Below, in pieces: positions 5,460 through 6,081 of a stretch of DNA of 6,081 nucleotides (the first letter of the stretch is position 1; each line of letters opens with the position of its first letter). This DNA is from a virus: IMG/VR virus record IMGVR_UViG_3300020026_000006, positions 1 to 6,081 of that record; one strand, given 5' to 3'. The notes beneath the pieces are model-generated. The model did not search any database. It was not told the origin of the DNA and worked only from the letters and a program-made list of their open reading frames with translations. The translations under genes and the position numbers were made by a program.

Positions 5460-5756
5460 CTATTTTTCTTCAGGATTAGGAGGTGTCGAGGAAGGTTTTG
5501 ACATATCAAGCTGAGAATCAATAAGTTCCTGACCGACCTCGAGACCGTCAAACTTATCCATACGGGAAAACGAATTAGGGTCGAAATCAATTTCGGGATT
5601 GAACCTCTCACCCTTATCGAAGTCCGAGGATGAAACCTCCACATCCGGACGACCGGGAAGAACGTCAACAGAGCCAGAACCGTCGAGAACGGAAAGAATC
5701 TGCTGACCGCGAGAAATATATTCAGGAGTATCTTCTAAAAACCAATCAAGTGCCAT
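5460..5756 (-). CDS. Highly acidic, probably disordered 98-aa protein immediately downstream of the capsid gene; possible scaffolding-type protein
   Basis: Coordinates are from the ORF track. The TAG stop is at 5460..5462, and the start lies ~12 nt after the capsid stop. The sequence MALDWFLEDTPEYISRGQQILSVLDGSGSVDVLPGRPDVEVSSSDFDKGERFNPEIDFDPNSFSRMDKFDGLEVGQELIDSQLDMSKPSSTPPNPEEK is very rich in D/E/S/P. I recognise no similarity to gokushovirus VP3. The scaffold idea rests only on position and composition. Confidence 0.6.
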   Translation of the reverse strand: MALDWFLEDTPEYISRGQQILSVLDGSGSVDVLPGRPDVEVSSSDFDKGERFNPEIDFDPNSFSRMDKFDGLEVGQELIDSQLDMSKPSSTPPNPEEK

Positions 5757-5768
5757 AAAATCAATATA

Positions 5769-6081
5769 TTAGCGATTAGACAAACGGGTAGCAAAAGTTT
5801 TATTCACCAAATTCTTTTTCTGAACCGCATAGGAGAGATTTACAAAAAAATTATCCTCTAAGTTCGAAGAAAAGGGAGAATTTACCTGCGTCATATCAAC
5901 AAAAAGAGCCGGCGCGTAACTCTCCGAAGAAGGCCAGTTTGAAGACCAATTTAAATAGCGCTGCTGTACCCAATAAGAGTAAAGATTAGGCAAATTCTGA
6001 TTAGAATTAACCGCGGAAATCTGTCCCAAAACCTCATCATAAGAAGACCTAAATTCATTAAAACAAGGCTCCTGCGCAAAC
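5769..6081 (-). CDS. VP1: Major capsid protein, 3' part. 5769..5960 holds the unique final 63 codons plus the TAA stop; 5961..6081 duplicates 1..121.
   Basis: The track ORF 5769..6029 is in the same frame as the 1..1620 ORF through the repeat (6029-5960=69, and 69 and 1620 are both multiples of 3). Its listed initial M is a TTG (caa at 6027..6029) internal to the capsid sequence ...SSYDEVLGQISAVNSNQNLPNLYSYWVQQRYLNW.... The TAA stop is at 5769..5771. Confidence 0.92.
   Translation of the reverse strand, partial: FAQEPCFNEFRSSYDEVLGQISAVNSNQNLPNLYSYWVQQRYLNWSSNWPSSESYAPALFVDMTQVNSPFSSNLEDNFFVNLSYAVQKKNLVNKTFATRLSNR
5961..6081. repeat. Right copy of the exact 121-nt terminal direct repeat (circular-assembly overlap)
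   Basis: Identical to 1..121. It reaches both window ends exactly, as expected for a circular contig cut at an arbitrary point. Confidence 0.97.

Larger units (their letters stand above)
1..5960 (-). other. One full unit of a circular Microviridae (ssDNA phage) genome, with all genes on the minus strand of the window
   Basis: An exact 121-nt terminal redundancy closes the circle at 5,960 nt. The gene content (F/VP1-like capsid, H/VP2-like pilot, A/VP4-like HUH Rep, plus small ORFs), the ~6 kb size, the tight packing and the single coding strand are all typical of Microviridae. 22 of the 40 capsid codons in 1..120 end in T on the coding strand, which is the third-position T bias known for this family. 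Confidence 0.93.

Noticed and set aside
5444-5668. 74-aa minus-strand ORF overlapping the acidic 98-aa gene.
   Set aside because: It starts with TTG (caa at 5666..5668), lies in the +1 frame of the 98-aa ORF, and has the same hydrophobic artefact composition.
5697-5757. While hand-translating the 98-aa ORF I read ...gaatc|ctgctg... across 5700/5701. That reading would place the ATG at 5755..5757 and introduce a 1-nt frame offset.
   Set aside because: The supplied track gives an uninterrupted 98-aa translation at 5460..5756. The flanking landmarks (TAG at 5460..5462, capsid TAA at 5769..5771) index correctly, so this is most likely my own counting error. It is noted only so the junction can be re-translated. 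If real, it would be an indel or frameshift in this gene.
5769-6029. Track ORF presented as an independent 86-aa protein.
   Set aside because: It is the C-terminal end of the capsid gene. The apparent start is an internal TTG (Leu), and the frame stays open upstream to the window edge and on through the repeat.
1-6081. The terminal repeats as biological direct terminal repeats, LTRs, or ends of a mobile element.
   Set aside because: The repeat sits inside an essential ORF, keeps it in frame, and coincides exactly with both window ends. This is the signature of a circular contig written linearly. Microviridae genomes are covalently closed circles.

Overview
This window is one complete circular genome of a small ssDNA phage of the family Microviridae. 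Its unique length is 5,960 nt, and it is shown as the complement of the coding (virion-sense) strand. Positions 1-121 repeat exactly at 5961-6081, which is the overlap left by linearising a circle. Every credible gene lies on the minus strand. Gene order on the coding strand is as follows. (1) Major capsid protein, VP1/F-like: 1620->1 continuing 5960->5769, 603 aa once the circle is closed; the ORF track omits it only because it runs off the window edge. (2) An acidic 98-aa protein. (3) A small signal-peptide/lipobox protein. (4) DNA pilot protein, VP2/H-like, 418 aa. (5) Two orphan ORFs (106 and 107 aa) lying between a Bacteroides-type promoter motif and a strong intrinsic terminator. (6) A ~240-nt hairpin-rich non-coding region. 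(7) A 66-aa basic protein whose stop overlaps the Rep start (TAATG). (8) The HUH rolling-circle Rep, VP4/A-like, 356 aa. No start codon has a Shine-Dalgarno sequence and all start contexts are A/T-rich. Together with the TTTG/TAnnTTTG motif, this points to a Bacteroidota host (an Alpavirinae-like microvirus). That is an inference, not a search result. The items most worth follow-up are the tiny predicted lipoprotein just upstream of VP2 (a lysis or exclusion candidate), the self-contained promoter-to-terminator two-gene accessory cassette, and two candidate replication-origin elements. No tRNA, rRNA, CRISPR array or transposon features were seen.
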